A stretch of 64,000 bases of DNA from a virus (Duplodnaviria > Caudoviricetes), in the IMG/VR virus record IMGVR_UViG_3300014205_000174; one strand, written 5' to 3'. The notes under the pieces were generated by a model. That model was not told the DNA's origin and ran no database searches. It was given only the letters and a program-made list of their open reading frames with translations. The position numbers were made by a program, and so were the translations under genes. Every line of letters begins with the position of its first letter. Positions within the stretch are counted from its first letter, which is position 1. Below, piece after piece: positions 20,987 to 29,360 of this stretch.

Positions 20987-22117
20987 ATGTCTACAAAACA
21001 ACAAGCAAAGATTATGAACGATTCATCAAAAACTACGCTGTCCAATATTGCCGACAAGCTTTCTTTACAGCATGCGCAGAAAAAGGACTTCATTGCTCCG
21101 AGCAGCTTATTAAGCTACAGCGATGGCAGCATTTTCGTAAAACTGAAAGAGGATGAGGAGCCCGCTTCATTCAAAGTGAATGAGTACTGCCATGAGCAGA
21201 TAGCGGAAAAGCTGGATATCCCGGCCAAGTACTATAACCGCATGCGGGCCAAAAACAAGGAGCTGCTGGAGAGTAACATTAACTCCTGGCTGGTAAAAAA
21301 CACTAACGGCAAGTATATGCTTCGCTGCCTGCAAACCGAAGAAAATGCCGTGGCGCGCGCTTTCCTTTCCAACTCTTTTAACTGCATCGACAATTATGAT
21401 GTACTGTACGCAGCCCTGGATGCCATCAAGCGCATGCGCGTGGATATAGAAGTAGTCAAGGCAGAGGTTACCGACAAGAAAATGTACCTGAAAGTCATAT
21501 GCCCCCAAATAGAAATACAGGCCAAAGAATTCCTTAAGGGTTATCTTGAAAAAGGCGGCGAAGTTAATCATGGGATTGTTTCCGGCATGGTCATAAGCAA
21601 TTCAGAAATAGGATGCGGTCAGTTTATTGTTGCGCCCATGGGCTGGCTTGGCGTGTGCAACAACGGTTTAATGGTTATGGATGACGCCATAAGCCAGATA
21701 CACTTGGGCCAGCGCCTACCGGCAGGAGAAATAATGTGGAGCGAAGAGACGAAATCCAAAAACAGGGAACTGGTAATCTCCCAGGTTCAGGACGCCGTTG
21801 CCACTTTCCTGAATAAAGACTACCTGGGCAAACTGATTAATAAGTATGCCGCAACACGAGACATCCCACTTAGTCATCCTTACGATGCCGCTCAGAACAT
21901 CTGCAAGGAACTGTCCATACCGGACAACCACAGGGCCAATATCCTGAAGTACTTCCTTGAAGATGGCGTACATGACGCCTCGGGCATAATTCATGCCGTG
22001 ACCAGGGAGTCGCAGAACATGACCCCGGATATGCAGTATGATGTTGAGTCCTCAATACTGGGTCACATAAACAAAATCGATAAATACGATAAGATTTTCA
22101 AAGTAGGCAAAAACTAA
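20987..22117 (+). CDS. DUF932-like phage protein
   Basis: HEQIAEKLDIPAKYYNRM, RAFLSN...IDN, ISNSEIGCG, VCNNG; start reassigned to ATG 20987 because the annotated TTG lies inside the sigma54-type promoter. Confidence 0.6.
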   Translation: MSTKQQAKIMNDSSKTTLSNIADKLSLQHAQKKDFIAPSSLLSYSDGSIFVKLKEDEEPASFKVNEYCHEQIAEKLDIPAKYYNRMRAKNKELLESNINSWLVKNTNGKYMLRCLQTEENAVARAFLSNSFNCIDNYDVLYAALDAIKRMRVDIEVVKAEVTDKKMYLKVICPQIEIQAKEFLKGYLEKGGEVNHGIVSGMVISNSEIGCGQFIVAPMGWLGVCNNGLMVMDDAISQIHLGQRLPAGEIMWSEETKSKNRELVISQVQDAVATFLNKDYLGKLINKYAATRDIPLSHPYDAAQNICKELSIPDNHRANILKYFLEDGVHDASGIIHAVTRESQNMTPDMQYDVESSILGHINKIDKYDKIFKVGKN

Positions 22118-22140
22118 GTTTCTTTTCACTTGTATTAGTA

Positions 22141-22169
22141 AAAAGCCCGCCCATCCGGCGGGCTTTTTT
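22141..22169 (+). terminator. Intrinsic terminator
   Basis: aaaagcccgcc-catcc-ggcgggctttttt. Confidence 0.8.
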
Positions 22170-22174
22170 ATTTT

Positions 22175-22189
22175 TGGCACGCCGTTTGC
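22175..22189 (+). promoter_or_regulatory. sigma54-type promoter directly after a terminator
   Basis: TGGCACG-CCGT-TTGC. Confidence 0.85.
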
Positions 22190-22744
22190 ATTACATTAGT
22201 AAACCGGGTATAAAACCGGATTCAAATGGGACAGGATAGAAAAGAACAGATATTAAGCAAATATTTAGGGTTAACGGGGTTTGAAATAAGGAAGCTCCCT
22301 TTTGGCGCTGTGCTATTAGGCTACAGGTCGGTAATCAAGCCTTATCCTTTCAAAACATTTTATCCGGTTGAATCCATTATAGACAAGAGGGCGATGTGCA
22401 AACAAGTAGATGCGGCAATGGCTGACTGCATAAAAAAGTTAAAGGCAGACCCTGCGTTAATGAAAAAGCTTGCAAAATAAGTACCCATGTCATTCATAGC
22501 AATATTTTATACGAACGTATCAACACCGGGATTTAAAGTAGGGGATTACCTGAACTACAGTTACTTCAACGCACCAGTCGATGAAAACAACTATCATTGG
22601 CGATATGATTACTATAATGCAACCAATGGCAAGGCTAAAGGAGGCATGCGCGTGCGGTTTATGAAAAACATTCCAAATAACCTTACCCAGGAAAATCTGC
22701 GACTACTTGAAAAGACAAAATACTCTGACTTGAAAAACATAAAA

Positions 22745-23113
22745 GGCAACTACTGACCTGTTTGGCGGAAAGAAATTGCTAATATGACGCAAGTTAAGCC
22801 AATCCTGCAATACGGGGTATGCAGTTTAAAAAAAGTTATTCATAAAATTTGGTTTGAAACCGGCAGCATCTTGCAACTAACCGGTTGGAGTTATTTGCGG
22901 AATGTGTAGGTATTATTGCCTCTGCTTATTGTGACTTTGGAAAATGTTTCTTCTTTACAGCCACTTGCGTGTCTTAAAATCTTGAAGTGATTGTCTCCTA
23001 CACAGAATGTATTATTACCTTTTTCTGAATTCTGTATAGCCTCATGTAAGTATATAACATCGTTGTCTATCCCTAATTCATCTATGTCTATGGTATAAAA
23101 GTCGCTGGCTGCT
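22745..23113 (+). mobile_element. Remnant left end of the 52517-61031 element family (diverged TIR plus 3' fragment of the DUF1036-like gene)
   Basis: GGCAACTACTGACCTGTTTGGC matches the TIR at 52517; 22891-23113(-) encodes ...IYLHEAIQNSEKGNNTFCVGD...FSKVTISRGNNTYTFRK*, homologous to the C-terminus of 52665-53681. Confidence 0.85.
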
Positions 23114-24121
23114 ATGTACCGCTATAAGAAACGTGCTATGCTTATGCAGGGACTTATTGACCGCAGTGAAGTATTTAGTCCGCTTCCGGGGAAGATAAAT
23201 ATTTTCAACCTTGAGGAATCTAAAGACATGGTGAACTTCGTTTATGACGATGAGGCCACGCTTCCTTCAGGCCGTTTATCCTTTAAAGACTGGCACAAAA
23301 ATCTTAACAGCACTATTACCCACGGCAGCAGAATACTCATTACAGCAGAATACGCGAACACCTTCAGTGGTAAATATGGAGCTGAAGAGCAGCAGAGTAG
23401 AAGCTTTGGTATTTTAAAGCAAAGCCGAAACCTACCTTACCTTCCCGATAAAGGCATCTATGACGTGGAGCTTTACAAGGAAAAATGTGACGGATGGCTG
23501 TCCGAGCCAAAGTTCCTTGATTATGAGCAGAGGGGACTTATTATCAGTAGAGGAAAATCACGTAAAGGCAATACAGTCAAAAACTACCACCCACCGGCTA
23601 ATAAGCATGAGCAAGATTGGCCAAGGGTAAATGAAATGTACGACGATATTTACTGTGAATATTTAGAACCGCACCTGACTATTATGTATTTACCCACCAG
23701 AGAGACATGGTACAGGTATGATGAGCGAAAAAACAAGGTGCGCTTTGAAATATACCAGGATGATGACTTTGTGCTGCACTGGGACAGACTATCACTGGAG
23801 GACATTGATTTTTACCTGGAGTCCCGCGTTGACCGCCCTAACTACCTGGATATGATGCCCGTACTGGTGAGCACTAAGGCACTGATACATGAAGAACAGG
23901 CGAAAGAGGCCCCGTTCATTCAAATGCTCGTAGGGGGAATAATGAAAGAACAAACTGCGCTCTCCATGGATGAGATTAAGACCAGGGTCATAAGGTGTGT
24001 GCATTGGTGGAAATGGAAGAATATGATAAAACGACCCATCGACAAGGATGATGTACTGGCTGTTCGCATGATACAAAAGCGTGTTTTGTCCAAAAACTAT
24101 GATGAGCTGAAGTGGGAGTGA
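23114..24121 (+). CDS. Phage hypothetical protein, possibly 5'-truncated
   Basis: 335-aa ORF beginning right at the edge of the element remnant. Confidence 0.5.
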   Translation: MYRYKKRAMLMQGLIDRSEVFSPLPGKINIFNLEESKDMVNFVYDDEATLPSGRLSFKDWHKNLNSTITHGSRILITAEYANTFSGKYGAEEQQSRSFGILKQSRNLPYLPDKGIYDVELYKEKCDGWLSEPKFLDYEQRGLIISRGKSRKGNTVKNYHPPANKHEQDWPRVNEMYDDIYCEYLEPHLTIMYLPTRETWYRYDERKNKVRFEIYQDDDFVLHWDRLSLEDIDFYLESRVDRPNYLDMMPVLVSTKALIHEEQAKEAPFIQMLVGGIMKEQTALSMDEIKTRVIRCVHWWKWKNMIKRPIDKDDVLAVRMIQKRVLSKNYDELKWE

Positions 24122-24128
24122 TTTTATT

Positions 24129-24143
24129 TGGCACGGGATTTGC
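24129..24143 (+). promoter_or_regulatory. sigma54-type promoter heading the gene run that ends in the cas12f-like gene
   Basis: TGGCACG-GGAT-TTGC. Confidence 0.85.
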
Positions 24144-25942
24144 ACTACACCCGATATAACCATTCGTTAAGATGAAGAAGAAGATTAGAACTATTGAGCA
24201 CGCCAGCGGCGCTTATAAAACGATGACCCTGCAAATTCTTGGCCTCCGGTTCCCGGAATCTAATTCTGATACCCTTGAAACAATTGGCTGCATAACTTTT
24301 CAGTGTGATGCCGGCGAAGACCGCTGGTACGGTCGCAGCTATAAGGTTGAAACCGACAATCCAGATAATCTTTTGAAAATGGGCAAGTTAGCGACATTCA
24401 TTAAAAACAATGCCGATTCAGAGGCCCAGCCGCAGGAAATAAAGCTGCTTATTGGCGCTGAAGAGCACATATATCATTGCGGCCAGTACATACCGGTATC
24501 CTGCATTGGTATGAGGTATTACAAGGTGATGGATGGGGCCTCTTTTTATTCAAGCATCATTGCACCAAACGATATCATTGCCGAAAAACAACTGGTTGCC
24601 AAAAAGTGGGAGCACATGAAACTGGTTTATACTCATACCATAGCTGCATAAAAATAATAATAATATCTAAAAACATGGCAAAGTCAAACACTCCGAATCC
24701 GGACATAATAATGTTACAAAACAAACTTGCTGATATCCTCCTGCGAGTAGACGAGGGCGACGACCTTGTAATAACCGGTGTGATTGGCGGCTCTATTGCC
24801 ATGAACACAACACATATTCAGAGCGATTGTGTGGCTGAATTTGTAAACAATATCATTACTCTTTACCCGGAAATAAGGGCCTCTATAAAATGAACAACTT
24901 AAAAACAAGCGACCTGAAAACAAATATCATGGTTCGGGATTACCGGCATGACCTCCTAATGTTTGCTGCATATAAGGAATCAGTTCTCGGCCAGTTGAGC
25001 GCGCACATTCTGTCACTCCCGGACAATCCGGAAATTACCAGGGTGGGCAATGGCAACTCTTTTACCATGAGTATTTCCAGCCTTGGGAAATCATTGTCGC
25101 TGTCTGCCGAATCCTATGATTTTAAGTTCCAGTATGGTGTTATTGTTGAAAAAATAAAGAGTGCCGATGATTGCCTGTCTGCTTTGCAGAAAATAGTAGC
25201 CGATGGCTTTATTAAAACCGATAATTACGGCAAGGTTACTTTACATGAGACGGTAGTGGCATACATTAAAGATATCATTGCATAATAATGGAGCGTGACT
25301 ATAAATTCGCTATTGGGCAAACTGTATACACCTATGATGAAGACGAATACCAGTTCATAAAGGGCATAGTAACAGACAAAACCTCTGCTACAGTTTGCAT
25401 ACAATGGGAAAATAGAAAGACCGCGACCGACTACCAGCAATACGATTACGATAAATTAAAAACAGTAAAGCCAAAAAATTATAAGAAATAATGCTAACCG
25501 CAGAAACACTACTTGTACGACCTATTGATGCAGATAAAATAGCTGCATTAATTACAGCTACGCTACCTGCATTACCAGAAGGCGAGACGTACTATGTATC
25601 TCCGTATGTGGCGATAGTACCGGAATATGATAACTGCATATTGACGCCGGACTGCGATTATGACTTTTCAGTAAGCAAGATGTACATAGATGGTGCTTTT
25701 CAGCCTGTTTTTACCGTCAGTGTAAATAAGCGTATCCCTTTTACCACTGAGGACAAATTACCAGGCTACACCGAGAAACATGCATGCCTGTTTAATCTAG
25801 GCATACATACACAGGTTATTCCTTCCCTGCTAAAACAACCGGTAAGTTTACGTGAGTTTATGGGCAGTCAGTACAATTCCAATCCATGCATTAAAAAGAA
25901 CATGAAAGATTGTTTATCCGAAATCAATAATCCATAAAAATA

Positions 25943-27094
25943 ATGGCTGAAAAACGTATAGTTATTACCCGGAAAGTAAAAATAGACTTTGACGTTGCCG
26001 ACAAGGCCGCATTAAAGGAGTGCTATAATACCGTGTTCTCATGGAACCGGATAGTGCACAAGGCCGCAAACTGGATAATCACGCACCAGTACATGCAGGA
26101 AAACGTAAAGGACTTCTTCTACATTACAGATGCGATAAAGCTGAAGCTGGCCAACATCGACAAAGACGAGGACGGCATACTCACCACCAGCAAGGACAAT
26201 ACCACCTACCAGTTGCTTAGCAAAGCATTTAAGGGGGAATGCCCGATGGGTATGCTATCCGGCCTTAATACGGTTGTGTGCAAGAAATACAAGTCCGATG
26301 CCTTCAAAATAAAGAAAGGCGAAGTCTCCCTTGCCTCTTACCGCAGAAATATCCCTATGCCCATCCGGAGCGCGGATATCTCTTCCTGGGAAAAGCAAAG
26401 TGATGGCAACTATTCATTTTTCGTATACGGCCTGGCTTTCAAAACATGGTTTGGCAAAGACCTGAGCGACAACCAGTCAATATTCGACCGCGCACTGCAA
26501 ACCGGCGAGTATAAGCTTTGTGATTCATCCTTTCAACTGGAAAAGAAAGACGGTAAGTGGAAGATGTTTTTCCTGGCAGTATTCTCCTTTGACAAGGAGC
26601 TTGTTAAGGTGGATGAAAATAAAGCCGCTGTTTGCCGGCTTAGTATACAATACCCGATTGTTATTGCAGAAAAGAAAGACAAGTTCTGGCATATCGGCAC
26701 CGCTGAAGAATATATGCACCGCAGGCTGGCCATACGCGGCGCTTTACACAGGGTTCAAAAAGCCTGTAAGTATAATAAAGGGGGTAAGGGCCGGGACAAA
26801 AAGCTACATGCCATAGAGCGCTTTGAAGACGCTGAAAGCAATTACATTAATAGCCGCATGCACCTTTATAGCCGACAGCTAATTGATTACTGCATAAAGC
26901 GCGGTATCGGCAAGATTGTACTCGACAACTACAAGGAGGTTGTTGACAAGACACATCAGGAGAATGAGGAAAGTAAATTTTTGCTGAGCTCATGGAGTTA
27001 CTTTAATTTAGCTGATAAAATAAAATACAAGGCTGCAAAAGTGGGCATATTGGTGGAGATGGAAGGAGACCCGGAGCCCGAGCCAGTAATTTAG
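25943..27094 (+). CDS. Nuclease-dead Cas12f/TnpB-like RNA-guided DNA-binding protein
   Basis: ITRKVKI N-terminus, G..SL.SYR, YKLCDSS, bridge-helix region RRLAI...GGKGR.KKL, H.YSR.LIDYC, WSYF.L.DKIKYKA...GI.V; RuvC-I position reads CRLSIQYP (no Asp), RuvC-II region IVLDNY; protein ends before the Zn-finger/RuvC-III; directly followed by scaffold and CRISPR array. Confidence 0.85.
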   Translation: MAEKRIVITRKVKIDFDVADKAALKECYNTVFSWNRIVHKAANWIITHQYMQENVKDFFYITDAIKLKLANIDKDEDGILTTSKDNTTYQLLSKAFKGECPMGMLSGLNTVVCKKYKSDAFKIKKGEVSLASYRRNIPMPIRSADISSWEKQSDGNYSFFVYGLAFKTWFGKDLSDNQSIFDRALQTGEYKLCDSSFQLEKKDGKWKMFFLAVFSFDKELVKVDENKAAVCRLSIQYPIVIAEKKDKFWHIGTAEEYMHRRLAIRGALHRVQKACKYNKGGKGRDKKLHAIERFEDAESNYINSRMHLYSRQLIDYCIKRGIGKIVLDNYKEVVDKTHQENEESKFLLSSWSYFNLADKIKYKAAKVGILVEMEGDPEPEPVI

Positions 27095-27106
27095 TTTGTT
27101 TTTCAG

Positions 27107-27232
27107 TAAGTTCTTTGACATAATATTTTGTGGGGCGGTTGTACGTCCTTGGCGGGAGGGATTCTTTTCCACTCCCGAATACTTTTTTTATTTTTTAATG
27201 ATATTTGCCTTTGTTTGAAAGGTAGCTACAAC
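27107..27232 (+). ncRNA. Guide-RNA scaffold copy A (tracr/omegaRNA-like, fused to a half-repeat)
   Basis: Starts 12 nt after the cas12f-like stop; hairpins GGGGCG-GTTGTA-CGTCCT and CGGGAG..CTCCCG; anti-repeat TTTGCCTTT pairs with half-repeat AAAGGTAG; three copies in the window. Confidence 0.85.
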
Positions 27233-27424
27233 GGTAAGCCGTCGTCTACGGGCACTGTGAGTTGTAAATGACCAGGATTTGAAAGGTAGCTACAACCTTA
27301 GTCGCACAAAAGGGAGCGACCTGCATGGCTGTAAAAGACCGGAATTTGAAAGGTAGTTACAACAACCAGAGGATAACGGTTTCACGATATTGTGAATGAC
27401 CATAATTTGAAAGGTAGTTACAAC
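27214..27424 (+). CRISPR. Mini-CRISPR array A: half-repeat, 3 full repeats, 3 bounded spacers
   Basis: Half-repeat 27214-27232; repeats 27261-27296, 27328-27363, 27389-27424; spacers of 28, 31 and 25 nt; a possible 4th spacer up to a GTTGT remnant near 27453. Confidence 0.93.
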
Positions 27425-27461
27425 GAATGGTAACGGTTTTACTTAAACAGAAAGTTGTTTT

Positions 27462-27677
27462 ATGAATAATGTGCGAAAAATTGGTCGCTGTTTTAATGGG
27501 GCCGAAAGAGACGGAGGAAAGACGGTACATGCTATTGACTCCGAAAAGCCAAATGGAGACTGGTTTGGGAAGGCCGTTTGCGGAACAGAACCAGGGTATC
27601 GGGGAAACGGCTGGGCGAAAACAGATAAACCAGTAAGTTGTACACGGTGTATAAATAAAATGGCGAAACGCACGTAG
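27462..27677 (+). CDS. Small Cys/His (Zn-finger-like) protein between arrays A and B
   Basis: VHAI...AVCG...W...VSCTRC. Confidence 0.55.
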   Translation: MNNVRKIGRCFNGAERDGGKTVHAIDSEKPNGDWFGKAVCGTEPGYRGNGWAKTDKPVSCTRCINKMAKRT

Positions 27678-27693
27678 AGCGTGTGTGGCTTTT

Positions 27694-27818
27694 TAAGTTC
27701 TTTGACATAATATTTTGTGGGGCGGTTGTACGTCCTTGGCGGGAGGGATTCTTTTCCACTCCCGAATACTTTTTTATTTTTTAAGGTATTTGCCTTTGTT
27801 TTGAAAGGTAGTTACAAC
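27694..27818 (+). ncRNA. Guide-RNA scaffold copy B
   Basis: Nearly identical to 27107-27232, ending in TTTGAAAGGTAGTTACAAC. Confidence 0.85.
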
Positions 27819-28092
27819 GATTAATAGTTCAAGTTCACTGATTTTTAGTTGTATAAGACCATAATTTGAAGGGTAGTTACAACACATAAGCTACTACAAG
27901 AAGCATTTTCACTGTTGTGAAAGACCCGAATTTAAAAGGTAGTTACAACGTACATTCATTGGGCTAAATTTTGATTTGGCTGTAAAAGACCCAAATTCAA
28001 AAAGTAGCTACAACTAAAGCAGTGATATAAAACATCATGGGCCTGTGTTCACGTTACGTGAACGACCATTAAACCAGTTTAAGTAGCTACAC
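27800..28092 (+). CRISPR. Mini-CRISPR array B: half-repeat, 3 full repeats and a degenerate terminal repeat
   Basis: Repeats 27848-27883, 27914-27949, 27979-28014; spacers of 29, 30 and 29 nt; remnant AAGTAGCTACAC at 28081-28092. Confidence 0.92.
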
Positions 28093-28111
28093 CCAAAAAC
28101 AATAAGAACGA

Positions 28112-28642
28112 ATGAGAATAATATTCCTTGACATAGACGGAGTCTTAAACAGCCAGCTTTTTTACACTGAAAGAAGTCAATGCCAAAGGGCCAGTGATGG
28201 CGCAGGAGCCGACATTGACGAGCGGTGCGTTAATTACCTAAACAGCCTGATTGCAGAAACCGGAGCAAAGGTTGTGATAAGCTCCACCTGGCGGTCAGAT
28301 GGCCTTGAATATTGCAAGACGGCATTGGAGGCAAAGGGCTTTGTTGGCGAGATAATCGATGTCACTCCTCACTTACGCCACGAAGGCTGTCTCAGAGGCA
28401 ATGAAATCTACCACTGGATACAGAAAAACAGCGAGATGCTATGCGGGAGCACAAATGGCAGCGACTTCAAGGAATATGTAATATTTGACGATGATAGCGA
28501 TATGCTGTACTGGCAACGCAACAACTACATCCAGATTGACGCCTATTGCGGACTCACTCCGAATCAATGCTACAGGGCCAAATTTATTCTCTGCCGTGAT
28601 ATGACTTTCGGAGACAGTTTTGGAAATAATATAAAAAAGTAA
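28112..28642 (+). CDS. HAD-superfamily phosphatase (HAD_SAK_2-like)
   Basis: IIFLDIDGVLN, VISSTWR, RGNEI..W, YVIFDDDSDM. Confidence 0.85.
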   Translation: MRIIFLDIDGVLNSQLFYTERSQCQRASDGAGADIDERCVNYLNSLIAETGAKVVISSTWRSDGLEYCKTALEAKGFVGEIIDVTPHLRHEGCLRGNEIYHWIQKNSEMLCGSTNGSDFKEYVIFDDDSDMLYWQRNNYIQIDAYCGLTPNQCYRAKFILCRDMTFGDSFGNNIKK

Positions 28643-28750
28643 CTACAACACTATAAATTAAGGTCAGGTGGGGCAAAAAACTAAGTTTTGGCCCAGAAAT
28701 ATGTTTTATTTGATATTATCACATATCTTTGGCCCTTAATCCACCCCTTC

Positions 28751-29329
28751 ATGGCTTCTGATTTTAGAAAACAGACAAGTTATCCGCGCGGGATTCGAAA
28801 TAATAATCCTGGTAATCTGGTAGAGGTATCATCCGGATGGCTGGGCCAGTCAGGCAGCGATGGCAGATTTGCCGTATTTGAGAGCATGCCATGGGGTATC
28901 CGGGCTTTTTTAATGAATTACTACTCTTCTATAGAGAGGCATAAGATTTCCACCCTTACTGATTACATACACCGGTATGCACCGCCATTCGAAAATGACA
29001 CCACCAAGTATATTAATACCGTTGCGGCCCGTGCAGGCATTGACGCAAACGGGCCTATACCTACAGACCGGGATACGGTAACCAAAATCATGCGGGGCCA
29101 GTTCGAAGTAGAATTAGGCAAGAAGTATGCCGACATGATTACGGATGATGATATAAATGGCGGCTTTGAGCTCCTGAGCAGCCCGCTGAAGACCTTTTTT
29201 AATTCCATAACAATTTTCTATCACAGCAACCCAGCCGCAACATACGGCATAGCAACTGCCTTGGCCATTGGCGCAAGCATGCTGGTCTTTGGTGGCATAA
29301 AGCTTATCCGCTCCGCCAGGAAGAAGTAA
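28751..29329 (+). CDS. NNPGN-motif lysozyme-like/virion protein with C-terminal TM helix
   Basis: RGIRNNNPGNL, DGRFAVF, RYAPPFENDTTKY; hydrophobic C-terminus; likely start ATG 28751. Confidence 0.7.
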   Translation: MASDFRKQTSYPRGIRNNNPGNLVEVSSGWLGQSGSDGRFAVFESMPWGIRAFLMNYYSSIERHKISTLTDYIHRYAPPFENDTTKYINTVAARAGIDANGPIPTDRDTVTKIMRGQFEVELGKKYADMITDDDINGGFELLSSPLKTFFNSITIFYHSNPAATYGIATALAIGASMLVFGGIKLIRSARKK

Positions 29330-29345
29330 TAACGCCCATAAAGTT

Positions 29346-29360
29346 TGGCACACTATTTGC
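29346..29360 (+). promoter_or_regulatory. sigma54-type promoter
   Basis: TGGCACA-CTAT-TTGC. Confidence 0.8.

Noticed and set aside
25943-27094. Interpretation as an active IS200/IS605 TnpB transposon or a complete type V defence locus
   Set aside because: No TnpA or element ends, RuvC motifs are degenerate, the C-terminus is missing, and there is no cas1/2/4 in the window.
27443-27759. Minus-strand ORFs 27443-27673 and 27532-27759
   Set aside because: They are antisense to a plausible + strand gene and overlap the conserved RNA scaffold.
1903-28044. Self-targeting of spacers within the window
   Set aside because: No convincing protospacer was found by eye, but the manual search is not exhaustive and needs a computed short-match search.
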